Assembly (NCBI GenBank): GCA_964247055.1
Contig: OZ176050.1
Location: forward strand, 14,570,001-14,634,000
Reading direction: 5' to 3'
From: Paragordius varius
Taxonomy: Eukaryota; Animalia; Nematomorpha
Length of the DNA: 64,000 nucleotides
The notes under the pieces are model-generated. The model had not been told where the DNA came from. It did no database searches and saw only the letters and a list, made by a program, of their open reading frames with translations. The number at the start of each line of letters is the position of its first letter. Positions within the stretch are counted from its first letter, which is position 1. A program made the translations under genes and the position numbers. Of this stretch, positions 1 through 11,980 are shown piece by piece.

Positions 1-646
1 TGTATATATAATTCAAAATTTTAATAATAAATTTAAAATATCACATAAAAAATTAAAATTAAATAATTTAAAATATTACATACAGTATTTAGCATTTTTT
101 TTTTACTCAAACTTTAAGTTTATGTATGTATTTTTCAAAATTTTAATAATAATTTTAAAAAATTAATAAAAAATTAATAAAAAAAATTAAAATTAAATAA
201 TTTAAAATATTACATACAGTATTTAACTTTTTTTTTATTCAAACTTTAAGTTTGTATATATTTTTCAAAATTTTAATAATAAATTTAAAAAATTTAAAAT
301 ATTACATAAAAAATTAAAATTAAATAATTTAAAATATTACATACAGTATTTAAATTTTTTTACTCAAACTTTAAGTTTGTATATATTTTTCAAAATTTTA
401 TTAATAAAATTAAATAATTTAAAATATTACATAAAAAATTAAAATTAAATAATTTAAAATGCATACTGTATTTAACTTTTTTTTGCTATAACTTTAAATT
501 TATTTATGTTTATTTCAAAATTTTAATAATAATTTTAAAAAATTAATAAAAAATTAATAAAAAAATTAAAATTAAATAACCATTAAAATGCATACAGTAT
601 TTAACTTTTTTTTTACTCAAACTTAAAGTTTGTGCATTTTATTCAG
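1..646 (+). repeat. Intronic tandem repeat, ~125-bp unit, at least 5 copies, ending at the exon acceptor
   Basis: Recurring catacagtatttaacttttttttactcaaactttaagtttgtat; unit ends at about 16, 138, 268, 393, 518 and 646. Confidence 0.85.
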
Positions 647-779
647 GAAGATATACAAGAAGAATATGGTTGGAAATTGGTTCATGGCGATGTTTTCCGA
701 ACACCCCGAAGGGCACTTCTCTTATCAGTTTTTTTGGGTTCGGGAACTCAAATTATTTTAATGACATTTTTTACCCTCA
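647..779 (+). CDS. TM9SF2: TM9SF2-like nonaspanin, internal coding exon ([20 protein letters not shown]...FFTL); upstream exons lie outside the window
   Basis: Matches the recalled TM9SF2 motif [20 protein letters not shown]. Acceptor attcag|gaa at 646/647; donor a|gtaagt at 779/780. Confidence 0.93.
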
Positions 780-1046
780 GTAAGTTTAAATTTTTTATGT
801 CATATATAGGCTATTGTTGATGATTTTATATATATATATATATATATATTTAGAATTGTCAAACATACGTTTTTCAATTGATTTTACTTTGTTTTTAATT
901 GTTTTTACAATAAATAGGCTATTATTATTTTAAGGCTTAAAAATGCGCGCATGTTGAAAGTTGACATATCAAACATCATCATAGCAATTAAAAACAAAGT
1001 AAAATCAATTAAAAACGTATGTTTGACAATTCTAAATATATATATA

Positions 1047-1457
1047 TACCATTTACATTCTTTAAATTCACCTCTTGAACAATTCAAATTACAAATTAAC
1101 CCTAAAAATAAATTATGTGTACTTCTACGATATAAAATTAGCGTTTTTTAATGTTTTTTAATATATTTTATAAAAAATAAAATAATGTTTAAAATAAAAT
1201 AATTCTGAAAATAATTTGAAATTATGATGCCATAAACATATATTTCATATTTATTTCAGTATTATTTTATTTTAAACAAAATAAAGATAATTATATATCG
1301 TAAGCTGCCCGAAACTTATAATTCATTTTTAGGGTGAATTTGAATTGGTCGAGGGTGATTTTAAATTTTTTGAGGGGAATTTGAATTTTTCAAGGGTGAC
1401 GAATTGTTAGAGGGTGAATTTGAATTGTTTAAGGATGAATTTGAATTGTAAATGGTA
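1047..1457. mobile_element. MITE family A (TACCATTTAC termini, internal TTCAAATTCACCC subrepeats, TA-rich flanks)
   Basis: taccatttac at 1047 and gtaaatggta at 1448-1457 are inverted. Related copies at 1967-2254, 2476-2848, 3179-3502, 6711-6964, 8571-8849, 9464-9679, 20009-20231 and 28267-28895; half copies near 29750, 32980, 51364, 52320 and 54985. Confidence 0.8.
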
Positions 1458-1966
1458 TATAATAAAATATTTTAATTAAATAGTTTATTACGTGGTTAAA
1501 ATCATGGTAAGGTTGTAAAAGGGTTGTGTTTGTTGAAAAAAATATAATTGTCTCATAATTTTTAAATTTTTTCCTTAGACTTCATCCAGTTTTATAACAT
1601 TCTTTTAACAATTGGCATACGGATTTTTTAAATTTTTTCGCAAAAACCCATTGATTGTCAATTTTTCCTGCACAGTTTTTGCATGTTTGGGTTTTTTATC
1701 ACCTGCAAATCGAAAAAAGCTGTTGTACATGTGCTTATTAGCCTATTTTATATAATGAGGAGGGACATTTCAAGAATTACATATTTTATTTTCATTTTTT
1801 TGACTATATATTTTATAGTTTTTGCGTGTTTGAGTTTTATATAACTTCTTAGTTTAGGGTTAGGTATAACCGATGAATGCCCTTAAAATATAGGATATTC
1901 TTTATGCTTTGATGGATAACAAATAAAATATATATCTAGCTAAAAAATTAGGATTTCCTTTAAGTA

Positions 1967-2447
1967 TACCATTTACAGTTCAAATTCACCCTAAAAATAT
2001 TGTATGTATTCGAGCCAATATAACTTATTATTATTAATACGAAATATATCTTTATTGCATAGTTTATTATTTTTTCGGTATTATTTTAATTTTAAACAAA
2101 ATATTATATAAGTTTTTAATCGTAAAAAACACGCAATTTATTCTAGGGTTGATTTGAATTGTTCGAGGGGGAGTTTTAATTGTTCAAGGGAGAATTTGAA
2201 TCGTTCAAGGGTTAATTTGAATCGTTCAAGGGTTAATTTGAATCGTAAATGGTATATTTGAAATACACATGGTGAAAGTTAATGTGCATTTTTTACAATT
2301 GTATGATGGATTTTTGATTTCAGGCGGCATTTAAATATATATATATATATATATATATAAATTTATATTAATAAATTTCCCATTTTTTCTTATATATATA
2401 TATATTTATATTTATTAATTTATATTAATAAATTTCCCATTTTTTCT

Positions 2448-2479
<32 letters not shown>

Positions 2480-2962
2480 ATTTACAGTTCAAATTCACCC
2501 TTGAACAATTCAAATTCACCCTAAAAATATATTGTGTGTATTCGAAAGCTAATATAACTCATTATTAATACGAAATATATCTTTATTGCATAGTTTATTA
2601 TTTTTTTCAGTATTATTTTAATTTTAAATAAAATTTCATTTTTTTGAAATATAAAAAAATATTATATAAGTTTCAATCTTAAAAAACACTTAATTTATTC
2701 TAGGGTTATAAATTTTTCGAGGGTGAATTTGAACTGTTCAAGGGTAAATTTTAATTGTTCAAGGGTTAATTTTAATTGTTTAAGGGTAAATATAAATTGT
2801 TCTAGGGTTAATTTGAACTGTAAGGGTAAATTTTAATCGTAAATGGTATTGAATAACCAAACACATGGTCAAAGTTATATGTCCTTGTGAGTATTTTATG
2901 ATCGATTTTATTTCAGAGCGCTTATATATATATATATATATTAATAAATTTCCCATTTTTCT

Positions 2963-2990
<28 letters not shown>
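1967..2990 (+). repeat. Local ~510-bp tandem duplication (MITE A + flank + TA tract)
   Basis: Both MITE copies are followed by the same flank (acacatggt...aaagtta...gattttatttcag...taataaatttcccatttt). Confidence 0.7.
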
Positions 2991-2993
<3 letters not shown>

Positions 2994-3167
2994 TATGCAT
3001 TGAAATGGTTGCTTAATTCACAATATAGTAGGATAATTTGAAAAACAGTAGTGTATGGAAAAAACAGCACAAAATGTGTTGAATAAACAATTATATCCTT
3101 TCTTTTTCCATTTGCAAATTGCCCCTTGCTATAGTGTGAAATAAGTAACCATTCAAAATTCATACTA
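2991..3167. mobile_element. MITE family B (CAGTATG termini); second copy at ~7492-7660
   Basis: cagtatgcattgaaatggttgcttaattcacaatatag is inverted relative to ctatagtgtgaaataagtaaccattcaaaattcatacta; TA flanks. Confidence 0.7.
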
Positions 3168-3498
3168 TATATATTATATACCATTTACGATTCAAATTCA
3201 CTCTTTTGAACAATTCAAATTAACCCTTATTCAAATTCACCCTTAAACAATTCAAATTCACCCTTAAACAATTCAAATTCACCCTGAAATAATTATATGT
3301 TTTTTAATCTTAAAAATTACCTATATTTTATATATTTTTAAAAAACAAAAATTTTGTTTTAAATCAAAATAATACTGAAAAAATTATAGACTATACCATA
3401 AACGTATATTTCCTATTAATAATGAGTTATATTAGTTCAAAAACACATAATTTATTTTTAGGGTGAATTTGAATTGTTCGAAGGTGAATTTGATCTGT

Positions 3499-3552
<54 letters not shown>

Positions 3553-3599
3553 CCTAATAAATTTCCATTTTTTTTATACAAATATATGTATATGTACAG

Positions 3600-3777
3600 T
3601 ATTTGCATGTTTGGGTTTCTTATCACCCGCAAATCGAGGGGCCCTAATGACCTGTGCTCTAGTCCTTTATGTGTGCCTAGGAACTCCGGCGGGGTATGTT
3701 TCAGCCCGTATGTATAAGGGCTTCCACGGAGCTCATTGGAAAACTAACATTATTCTTACAGCGTTATTGTGCCCTGG
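3600..3777 (+). CDS. TM9SF2: TM9SF2-like exon (IFACLGFLSPANRGALMTCA...KTNIILTALLCPG)
   Basis: FACLGFLSPANRGALMT motif. Acceptor tacag|, donor gg|gtattt; phases 1 and 2 fit the neighbouring exons. Confidence 0.95.
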
Positions 3778-5519
3778 GTATTTTAAGTTTTTACTTTAGT
3801 TTAGGTTAAATTTGACTTTTCTTTTTGTTTAAGAATTATTGATGATAAGATTGATTATTCAATGAAAATTAATGGTTAACTAAGGTAAATTTTTTTGGGG
3901 GGGCTTTTTTATAACGCCAATTTTTGTAGATAGATGGGGGGGGGGGGGTTTCATCTAAATACAGGGGCTTTATTAATTTAACCTTTCTAGAAAAAGCATT
4001 TTTTCACATATAATTGTTGTTTTTCTCAGTAAAATATATAATCTTTATGTTACATTTAACTTTGTGGAGTTTTTTGACGCTTTTTTGTTGTGGAAAAAAA
4101 ATATTTTTTTGATATACGGCTTTTCCTAAAACTTAAAGTTTTGCCCTGATTTAAAATTTTATATCGTGGCGAATATTTTTTTGGATGTTTTATGTTATCA
4201 GAAAAAGTTTTCATTAATTCGAACTCCCCCCCTAAAATATATAGAGTTGTACTGATTTATTCTCTTACATATACGGTAAAATGGTTATTTTTTGAAAATT
4301 TAGCATATTTTCATGCTCCTAATTAATTTTATTCAATCTTTAAAAATTATTCCATTTTTTTACTAAAATAAAATTGTATACAAAACTAGACAACAAATTT
4401 TGACTTTTTTTAACTGCCATTCTTGTAAATTTAAAATTTAATTCATTACAGTACATAATTAGTATACCTGAAAGAAAATTGGTCTACTAACACCTAAATT
4501 TCATTTTATTAGAGTTTATCGTTAATATTTGGCTCCGAATTAACATTAAAATCGAAATTTTGAAAATTAAAAGTTTTAGATATGAAGCCATGTATTTTAT
4601 ATCATTCGAAAGAGCGCGAAAAACTGTATCTTTCGAATGGTAGTTAGTCATTTAAATCAATTTGATGTTAAAGTTATTTGGGTTTATATTGTCATAATTT
4701 TCAAGCCTTAAATAAGTTAAACACAAACTAATTAATTTAAAAATCACACATATAAATTATTTTAATATAATTATTAGGGTTATATTAGTATATATTAAAA
4801 ATATCTTTGAAAAAGCTTATGTTTATAATATAAATTATTGTTATCAAAATTATTTTAACTAGTGCATACTATAATGTATAGTTATAACTGTAAATTTATT
4901 ACACAATGGTTGTGCAAGATCAAGAACACTTTAACCTGTATTTTCAGTCTTTTTAATTTTGAATAAGTTTTTTAATATATATAAACAATATTTATGAGAT
5001 GGTAATTTTTAAAAAACAAAAAACTTAAAAATGGCTGTTTTGAGTGACATAAAAGCAATAAAAAATGTTTTAATCAAAAAACTTTCTTGTGTTATCTTTT
5101 TTGGACATTCATTTTTGAGCTGTTTTTATCCATTAATTTTAAAAATAAAATAATTAAAAAAAATGCTCTCGCTTCGCGCGTTTGTCGCTCTTTATGTCCA
5201 ATAATAATGTCGATGTAAAACATATTAGTATGCATTTTATAACGTTTTCATTACTCTTTCGAATCATATACTATAATTGGGCATTTCTTGTATGTTTTTC
5301 AAAGAAAAACATTTTTTAGTAAAATTTTAATAAAGAGGGCGCATAATCAAAAAAATCAAATTATACAAAATCCTTAGAGGTGGAATTAAAATTTTTATTT
5401 CAGTTTTACTGTTAAAATGATGGTAAATATCAGAAAATGCAAAAAACTTGAGTGGCAGAAAAATTTGTTGTCCAGTCTTATAAAAAGACCTAAATTTGTT
5501 TATTACTATTAAATATAAA

Positions 5520-6557
5520 ATTATCGTAATAATTTTAGTGTGTTATTTGGCATATTTTTCGTGCTCCTAATTCATTAAATTCTTCAAAATTATTCCATCT
5601 TTTTATAAACGAATTCAACTAAAAATAATTGCAAAAATTATTTAAATTTCTGTATTATTAAATATTAAACTAAATTAAATTGAATTATCGTAATAATTTT
5701 AGCGTGTTATTTGGCATATCTTTCGTGCTCCTAATTCATTAAAATCAAAATTATTCCATCTTTTTTATAAACGAATTCAACTAAAAATAAAAATTGTAAA
5801 TCACACTAGACAACAAAAATTGTTTATAAAGTAAATTATTATCGTAATAATTTTAGTGTGTTATTTGGCATATTTTTTGTGCTAAATTCATTAAATTCTT
5901 CAAAATTATTCCATCTTCTTTATAAACGATTTCAACTAAAAATAAAAATTGTAAATCACACTAGACAACAAAAATTTGTCTATTACTATTAAATATAAAA
6001 TTAATTAAATGAATTATTGTAATAATTTTAGTGTGTTATTTGGCATATTTTTCGTGCTCCTAATTTATTAAATCCCTCAAAATTATTTCATTTTTTTTAA
6101 AAACGTATTCAACTAAAAATAAAAATTGTAAAAATTATTTGTTTATCATTAAATATTAAACTAACTTAATTTAATTATCATAATAATTTTAGTGTGTTGT
6201 TTGGCATATTTTTTGTGCTAAATTCATTAAATTCTTCAAAATTATTTCACCTTTTTTTTAAAAAGACTAAAAATAAAAAAATTGCAAAAATTATAGAGAC
6301 AAAAAATTTTTATATATTATTAAATATAAAGCTTAATTGAATTATCGTAATAATTTTAGCGTGTTATTTGGCATATCTTTCGTGCTCCTAATTTATTAAA
6401 TCCCTCAAAATTATTTCATTTTTTTTAAAAACGTATACACTAAAAATAAAAATTGTAAATCACACTAGACAACAAAAATTATTATTAAACATAAAAATAA
6501 ATTGAATTATCGTAATATTTTTAGTGTGTTGTTTGGCATATTTTTTGTGCTAAATTC
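5520..6557 (+). repeat. Tandem ~165-bp repeat, 7 units, each containing the TM9SF2 3' splice site plus ~30 nt of exon start
   Basis: ttttagYgtgttRtttggcata recurs with AG at 5537, 5701, 5855, 6030, 6191, 6358 and at the real acceptor 6523. Confidence 0.9.
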
Positions 6558-6684
6558 CATCCTCTGGGCCAAAGGCAGTTCTGGAGCTGTTCCTTTCACA
6601 TCTCTCCTCGCCCTGCTTGCAATGTGGTTTGGCGTTTCGCTTCCCCTAACTTTTGTGGGCGCTTATTTTGGTTATAAAAAGAAA
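6525..6684 (+). CDS. TM9SF2: TM9SF2-like exon ([24 protein letters not shown]...GAYFGYKKK)
   Basis: GSSxAxPF and PLTFxGAYFG motifs. Acceptor ttag|, donor aaa|gttagt; 160 nt, phase-consistent. Confidence 0.95.
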
Positions 6685-7223
6685 GTTAGTTTTTATTTCA
6701 TTTTTATTTTATTCACCCTTGAACAATTCAAACTATTCACCCTTGAACCTTTTGAATTTACCCTAAAATAAAATATGTGTTTTTTAAGATTAAATATTAC
6801 CTAAAATTTTTTATATTTTAAAAAATGAAGTTTTGTTTGTAATTATATTAATAATGAAAAAGTAATAAACTAAGCCATAAAGATATATTTTATGTTAATA
6901 ATGAGTTATATCAGCCCGAAAAAAGCCAATTTAATTTTAGGGTTAATTTGAATTGTATATGGTAATATCCTTTTGGCGTTACAAAGAGAGTAATATAATT
7001 GTAAATAAATGGTAAAATATTAATGTTTAAAACAAATTGGTTGTTTTTAAATACATATTTTTCTCTATTTACCAACTTTTAATAAACATTGTAATTAGCG
7101 AAATAAATATTAAATAATGAATTAGGATAATTTTCAAATTAGTAATTTAATTTATATCAAACTTTTTATTTTTGTGCAAAGCAATTTGAATTTCTAAAAT
7201 TTTTTTATACAACAAATTGATAG

Positions 7224-7375
7224 ATTTTGGAACACCCTGTGAGAACTAATCAAATCCCCCGGCAAATTCCTGACCAATCTTTTTATACGACGCCTCTGCC
7301 CAGTATTATAATGGGGGGAATTTTACCCTTTGGTTGTATTTTCATACAACTTTTTTTCATCCTAAACAGTTTGTG
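7224..7375 (+). CDS. TM9SF2: TM9SF2-like exon (ILEHPVRTNQIPRQIPDQSFY...GGILPFGCIFIQLFFILNSLW)
   Basis: PVRTNQIPRQIP hallmark motif. Acceptor tag|, donor tg|gtatgt. Confidence 0.96.
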
Positions 7376-7978
7376 GTATGTATTATGCCATTTTTCGATT
7401 AATTTATTATATTTGTGATATTAGAGTAAATATTTTATCAATTTAATTAAATTTTAGTATAAATATATATATATATAATATATATATATATATTGGTTGC
7501 TTATTTCACACTATACTATAGTAGGGCAATTTGCAATACAGTAGAGTATGGAAAAAACAACAAAATGGTTAATAAACAATTATATTTCCTTTCATTTTTC
7601 CATACACTTCTGTGTGTTCCAAATTGCCCTAATATAATGTAATATAAGCAACCATTAACTTGAATAAAAATATATGTATTACTGAGATTTTTTACGAATT
7701 TTTTAGATAATACACTTTTAAGTATACGGAATATGTTTGATTGACCATTTTTTACATGTACAATTAGAATGTTTATTTTTTATGATAAATTTTCCATAAA
7801 TTGTAAAAAAATTTCATCCAAAATAATACTCAAAAAGAAATATTTTTTTACTAAAATATTCTAAATATATTATTTTGAAAAACTTTTTAGGCGGATAGCA
7901 AATAGTCTTAGCTAAAACATTTTTTTAGAAACCTTAAAGTTTTGATTAATCATTATGTATATATATATATATATATAA

Positions 7979-8128
7979 CAGTAGCGTATGGCATTTAACT
8001 ATATTAGTCCAAAAAAGAATAAAAAACAAGCCTAGTTATATATAAACACATATCCCGAATATCCCCTTGTTTTTTTAAAAGGCATTTATTTTTTTTGAAT
8101 TTACATTGTTTTATGCCATATGCTACTG
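7979..8128. mobile_element. Small MITE with CAGTAGC termini
   Basis: taacagtagcgtatggca versus tgccatatgctactgtta (inverted, one mismatch). Confidence 0.65.
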
Positions 8129-8152
8129 TTATATATGTTGCATATATTTTTA

Positions 8153-8347
8153 CAGGATAAGTAAGTATATATTGCTAGGAATTTATTAATTATTGCCAGA
8201 AATGAAGAGTACAAAGGAAAGTATAATTGGCTAATGATATAGTAAAAAGTAAAAAATAGCTATAAGCCATTAATATTTCCCCCTTTGTTGTATTTACTAT
8301 TTGGCAATAATTTTTTACTTTCTAGCAATATATACTTACTCATACTG
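8153..8347. mobile_element. MITE family C (CAGTATGAGTAAGTA-type termini); other copies at 33945-34131 and 55957-56143
   Basis: Long imperfect palindrome (gtaagtatatattgctag...ctagcaatatatacttac); TA flanks. Confidence 0.75.
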
Positions 8348-8362
8348 TATATTAATTCAAAG

Positions 8363-8474
8363 GGCAAATCAAATGTATTATATGTTTGGATTTCTTTTCA
8401 TCGTTTTCTTAATCTTGATTGTCACGTGTTCCGAAACTAGCATACTATTGTGTTATTTCCATCTATGCTCTGAG
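8363..8474 (+). CDS. TM9SF2: TM9SF2-like exon ([37 protein letters not shown]); too short for the ORF track
   Basis: YYMFGFLF and YFHLCxE motifs. Acceptor caaag|, donor gag|gtatga; 112 nt, phase-consistent. Confidence 0.95.
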
Positions 8475-8907
8475 GTATGATAAATATAGTAATTATTGAA
8501 TCAATTAGTAAATGCAAATTAGAAAATGCTTTTTTATATTAAAGTTTAAGATTGGTTTGCCTTTCAAATATACCATTTACAGTTTAAATTCACCCCTGAA
8601 CAATTCCAATACACCCTAAAAATGAATTATGTGTTTTCGGGTGGCTAATATAACTCTCATCATTAATATGACATATATTTTTACGAAATAGTTTGTTATT
8701 ATTTTTTCAGCATTTTATTGATTTTAAACGGAATGTCATATTTTACATATATTATAAAATAAAGGTAATTTTTAATCTTTAAAAAAACACAAACAAATTA
8801 TTTTAGGGTGAATTTGAATTGTTCAAAGGAATTTGAATTGTAAATGGTATATATATATTCAGTTTTTTAACTATTTTCATTTTATTTTATGTTTATTGAA
8901 TATCCAG

Positions 8908-9079
8908 GATTATAGATGGTGGTGGCGAGCATTCTTTACTTCAGGATCTACAGCTTTTTATTTCCTGGCTTATTGCATAAATTATTTCATTCGAACACTC
9001 ACGATTAAAGGAGCAGCCAGTACATTTTTGTATGCCGGTTACACTCTTATACTAACCTTCCTGTTTTTCTTATTATCAG
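8908..9079 (+). CDS. TM9SF2: TM9SF2-like exon (DYRWWWRAFFTSGSTA...YAGYTLILTFLFFLLSG)
   Basis: EDYxWxWRxFxTSG motif. Acceptor ccag|, donor g|gtagca. Confidence 0.95.
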
Positions 9080-9993
9080 GTAGCACAATTTATTAATTTA
9101 TTTATCATTATTTCTTTTTTTATTGTAAAATTTGCCATATTCTATATTATAAAGATATATATACCATTTTAGAAATGAAATAAGGCGTTATTGACTAATG
9201 CATACATAATCAATTTTACTTGTCATTTTACTTGTGTCATTTGTTCAAGAATTTATAAATATATAATATTGTGTTTGCAAAAGTTGGATATTTCATTTGA
9301 TTCTTAATTACATTAAAAATGGAATTTAAACGACGGACAAAACGTAAAAAAAAGCTTTTGTTTCAAAAGTGCAATCTCAATTTTTTTCAAAATTTAAAGT
9401 ATTATTGTGTAAAATTGCAAAATATGATATAGATGTGTATATTATTGTTGACACAATCAATTATACCATATACAATCCAAATTCAACCTAAAAATAAATT
9501 AGTGTTTTTTTTGTGCTAATATAACCCTCATCATAAATATAAAATATATATCTTTATGGCATAGTTTATTATTTTTTCAGCACTATTTTAATTTAACAAA
9601 AAATTTTATATATAGCTAATTTTTAATCTTAAAAAACATATAATTTATTTTTAGAGAAAATTTTGAACTGCGAATGGTAGATAAATTTTACACAATTTAT
9701 AAAGTATGGTTGGTTCTTTTGAACAAAAAATATTTGACTATATATATTGTTTTTCTTGTTAACAGGTAACAATTAATTAATTTATTTATCATTTTTCCTT
9801 TTTATTGTAAAATTTGCCATATTCTATATTTTAAAGATATATACCATTTTTGAAATGAAATAAGGCGTTATTGACTAATGCATACATAATCAATTTACTT
9901 TTTTTGTCATTTTTTCAATATTTTTCTATGTTATATTTGATATCAAATTAATTTTATAATGTTTATTATGATACATTTTCTGCATTATTTTAG

Positions 9994-10061
9994 GGACGAT
10001 TGGATTCTTTGCCTGTTATTGGTTTATCTCCAAAATTTACAGTGTAGTCAAAGTCGATTAA
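9994..10061 (+). CDS. TM9SF2: TM9SF2-like terminal coding exon (GTIGFFACYWFISKIYSVVKVD*)
   Basis: C-terminus KIYSVVKVD matches TM9SF2. Acceptor tttag|, stop TAA at 10059-10061. Confidence 0.96.
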
Positions 10062-10100
10062 GCAAATATGGGTGTAAATATCCCCCCCTTTGTGAATATA

Positions 10101-10395
10101 CAGTAAAAGTTTAAATTTACGGACAAAAAGTAAAAATATAAAGACATATATTTTTATCCAAAAGACAATCCCAAACTTTTAAAATCCTAATTTTTTTAAT
10201 AAAAACTGATTTGTTTGAAACTTCAAAGTTAAAAATAGTGATATAAATTGATAACGCCATCAATTATGTAGTTTACAATTGTAATTAAATGACATTTCTA
10301 GGATAGATTTAGGTTTAAAAAAGTATAGTGTCTCTTGAAAAAAAAAATTGTCTTTATTTTTTTACGATTTGTCCGTATAATTTCAATTTTTACTG
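10101..10395. mobile_element. MITE family D (CAGTAAAA...TACGGACAAAA termini) in the TM9SF2 3' UTR region; copies at 16303-16533, 20307-20593, 28355-28640, 29450-29739 and 52042-52309
   Basis: ta|cagtaaaagtttaaatttacggacaaa versus tttgtccgtataatttcaatttttactg|ta. CAGT ends with a TA duplication suggest a Tc1/mariner-type derivative. Confidence 0.8.
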
Positions 10396-11239
10396 TAAAT
10401 ATCAACTTTATGATTCTGTATTTTGACATGTAAAAAAAATGATATACTACCAAATTCTTTCTTCATATATTTAATGATAGAGATTATGCCTACTATTGTG
10501 ATTAATTTTTTGAATGTTATTTTTGTCCTAAAGTCCTTGAAGGCACACACACATATTTTAACATAATGGGAATTTATAGCATCATTTTTTTTAAAAACTT
10601 TATATATCATTTAAATTTGATATCAATTGTTTTAATCCCTCTCTCTATATCCCTATTTACATTTTATAAATATGACATTGTTGTATAAAATTTATTAATA
10701 TATATATATTTGGGTTAATAATCTATTTTTTATTATACATATATGATTACTATATTGTTTCTTACTTTTTTTCTCTTAATTATATTTTACAGTAAACCAT
10801 CGTTCTTTCTACAAAAATGGATGCACATACATGTCCCAGTATATATATATATATATATATTGCTTATAAATGTAACTACAAAATTTTATGTTATTATGAA
10901 ATTAACATGTTTTAATAATTTTATATGGAACTCTTTATAGAAAGAAATAAAATCGTCTAGCACTAAGTGTTTTTGTCAAAAAATGGTATTTTAAATCACA
11001 CAGGTAATACAAAAGTTAGCCACACAAGATAATTATAAATAATTTAATTTTAATGCTTAATTAAGAATTTACTGCGATCAAAATCGGGAGGTAAATTAAT
11101 AATCTGATGTAATATATATTCTGATGCGAAACTGTATCAGGACTCGCCCTTACGAGTGATATAAGAAGGTTATTACGACTTTGTGATATTCTCCATGTTA
11201 TATAATAAAATTTGCACACAATTTTTTTATTCCAAAAAA

Positions 11240-11980
11240 TTCACTAAAATATATCACAAACTAACTACAAATAAACTGCAAAAACTTTTTTTTTAAAAAT
11301 ATTGAATTCCAGCTGTGGACTAACAACAAAGCCTGCGAAGGGGCTGGTTTTTTACAATAAAAGCAAAAAGCCGTATTTTTGTAAAAAACGTTTTTTTATT
11401 ATAACGGCGTGGCATCAAAAATTCCTTTTTTTAATGTATACTTTGTTAACATTTAATATATAGCAATATTTTGATGAAGCGAGTTTTATGGTATTTGGAT
11501 CATAATAAACGGTAAAAAATACATTAATATATTGTAACACTATTTTCTTATAAATACAATGATGCTGAACATTTCTATCACCTCGATCAAAATAACGGAT
11601 TTGATCGTTTGAATTTTTTACTTATTAGAAAAATAAATATATTTAAAGACCAAACAATTGTTTTAGTCAATTTAAGATTGTTTTGCATGCGTCAGTGAAT
11701 GTTGAGAAAAGTGGTTTTATAAGATCATTTAATGTATGTATATCGTTTTTTCCTAGCTTACCATAAAATACGGTTCATTAAAATTTTGCTAAAAAATATA
11801 TTATTTTGGTATTACAATCTGCCACATAAAAAAAGTTAGCAAATTTCGGCTTTTTGCATTGATTTAAAAAAACCAGTTCGGAGGGTGTCAAGATTTTAAG
11901 TCTTAAAGTGCTAAAAATTTTATATTTTTAAATATATTTTTTGCTTTTTATATAGTTTATAATATAATTTAGTGATAATG
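11240..11980. repeat. Old foldback/inverted-repeat element
   Basis: 11341-11373 (ctggttttttacaataaaagcaaaaagccg) is an imperfect inverted match to 11847-11879; weaker symmetry extends outward. Confidence 0.45.

Noticed and set aside
2780-3599. ORFs with IYIYIY runs (also 14882-15097 and 57057-57335)
   Set aside because: Translations of (TA)n microsatellites and MITEs; only the spliced 3600-3777 part of ORF 3497-3799 is real.
3895-3950. G-quadruplex from G runs
   Set aside because: Two homopolymer runs about 30 nt apart in an intron, with no supporting context; run lengths are error-prone.
4449-5414. Possible old CAGTA-ended transposon (contains tcattcgaaagagcgcg...ctttcgaatg)
   Set aside because: Inverted ends too degenerate to delimit, and no second copy in the window.
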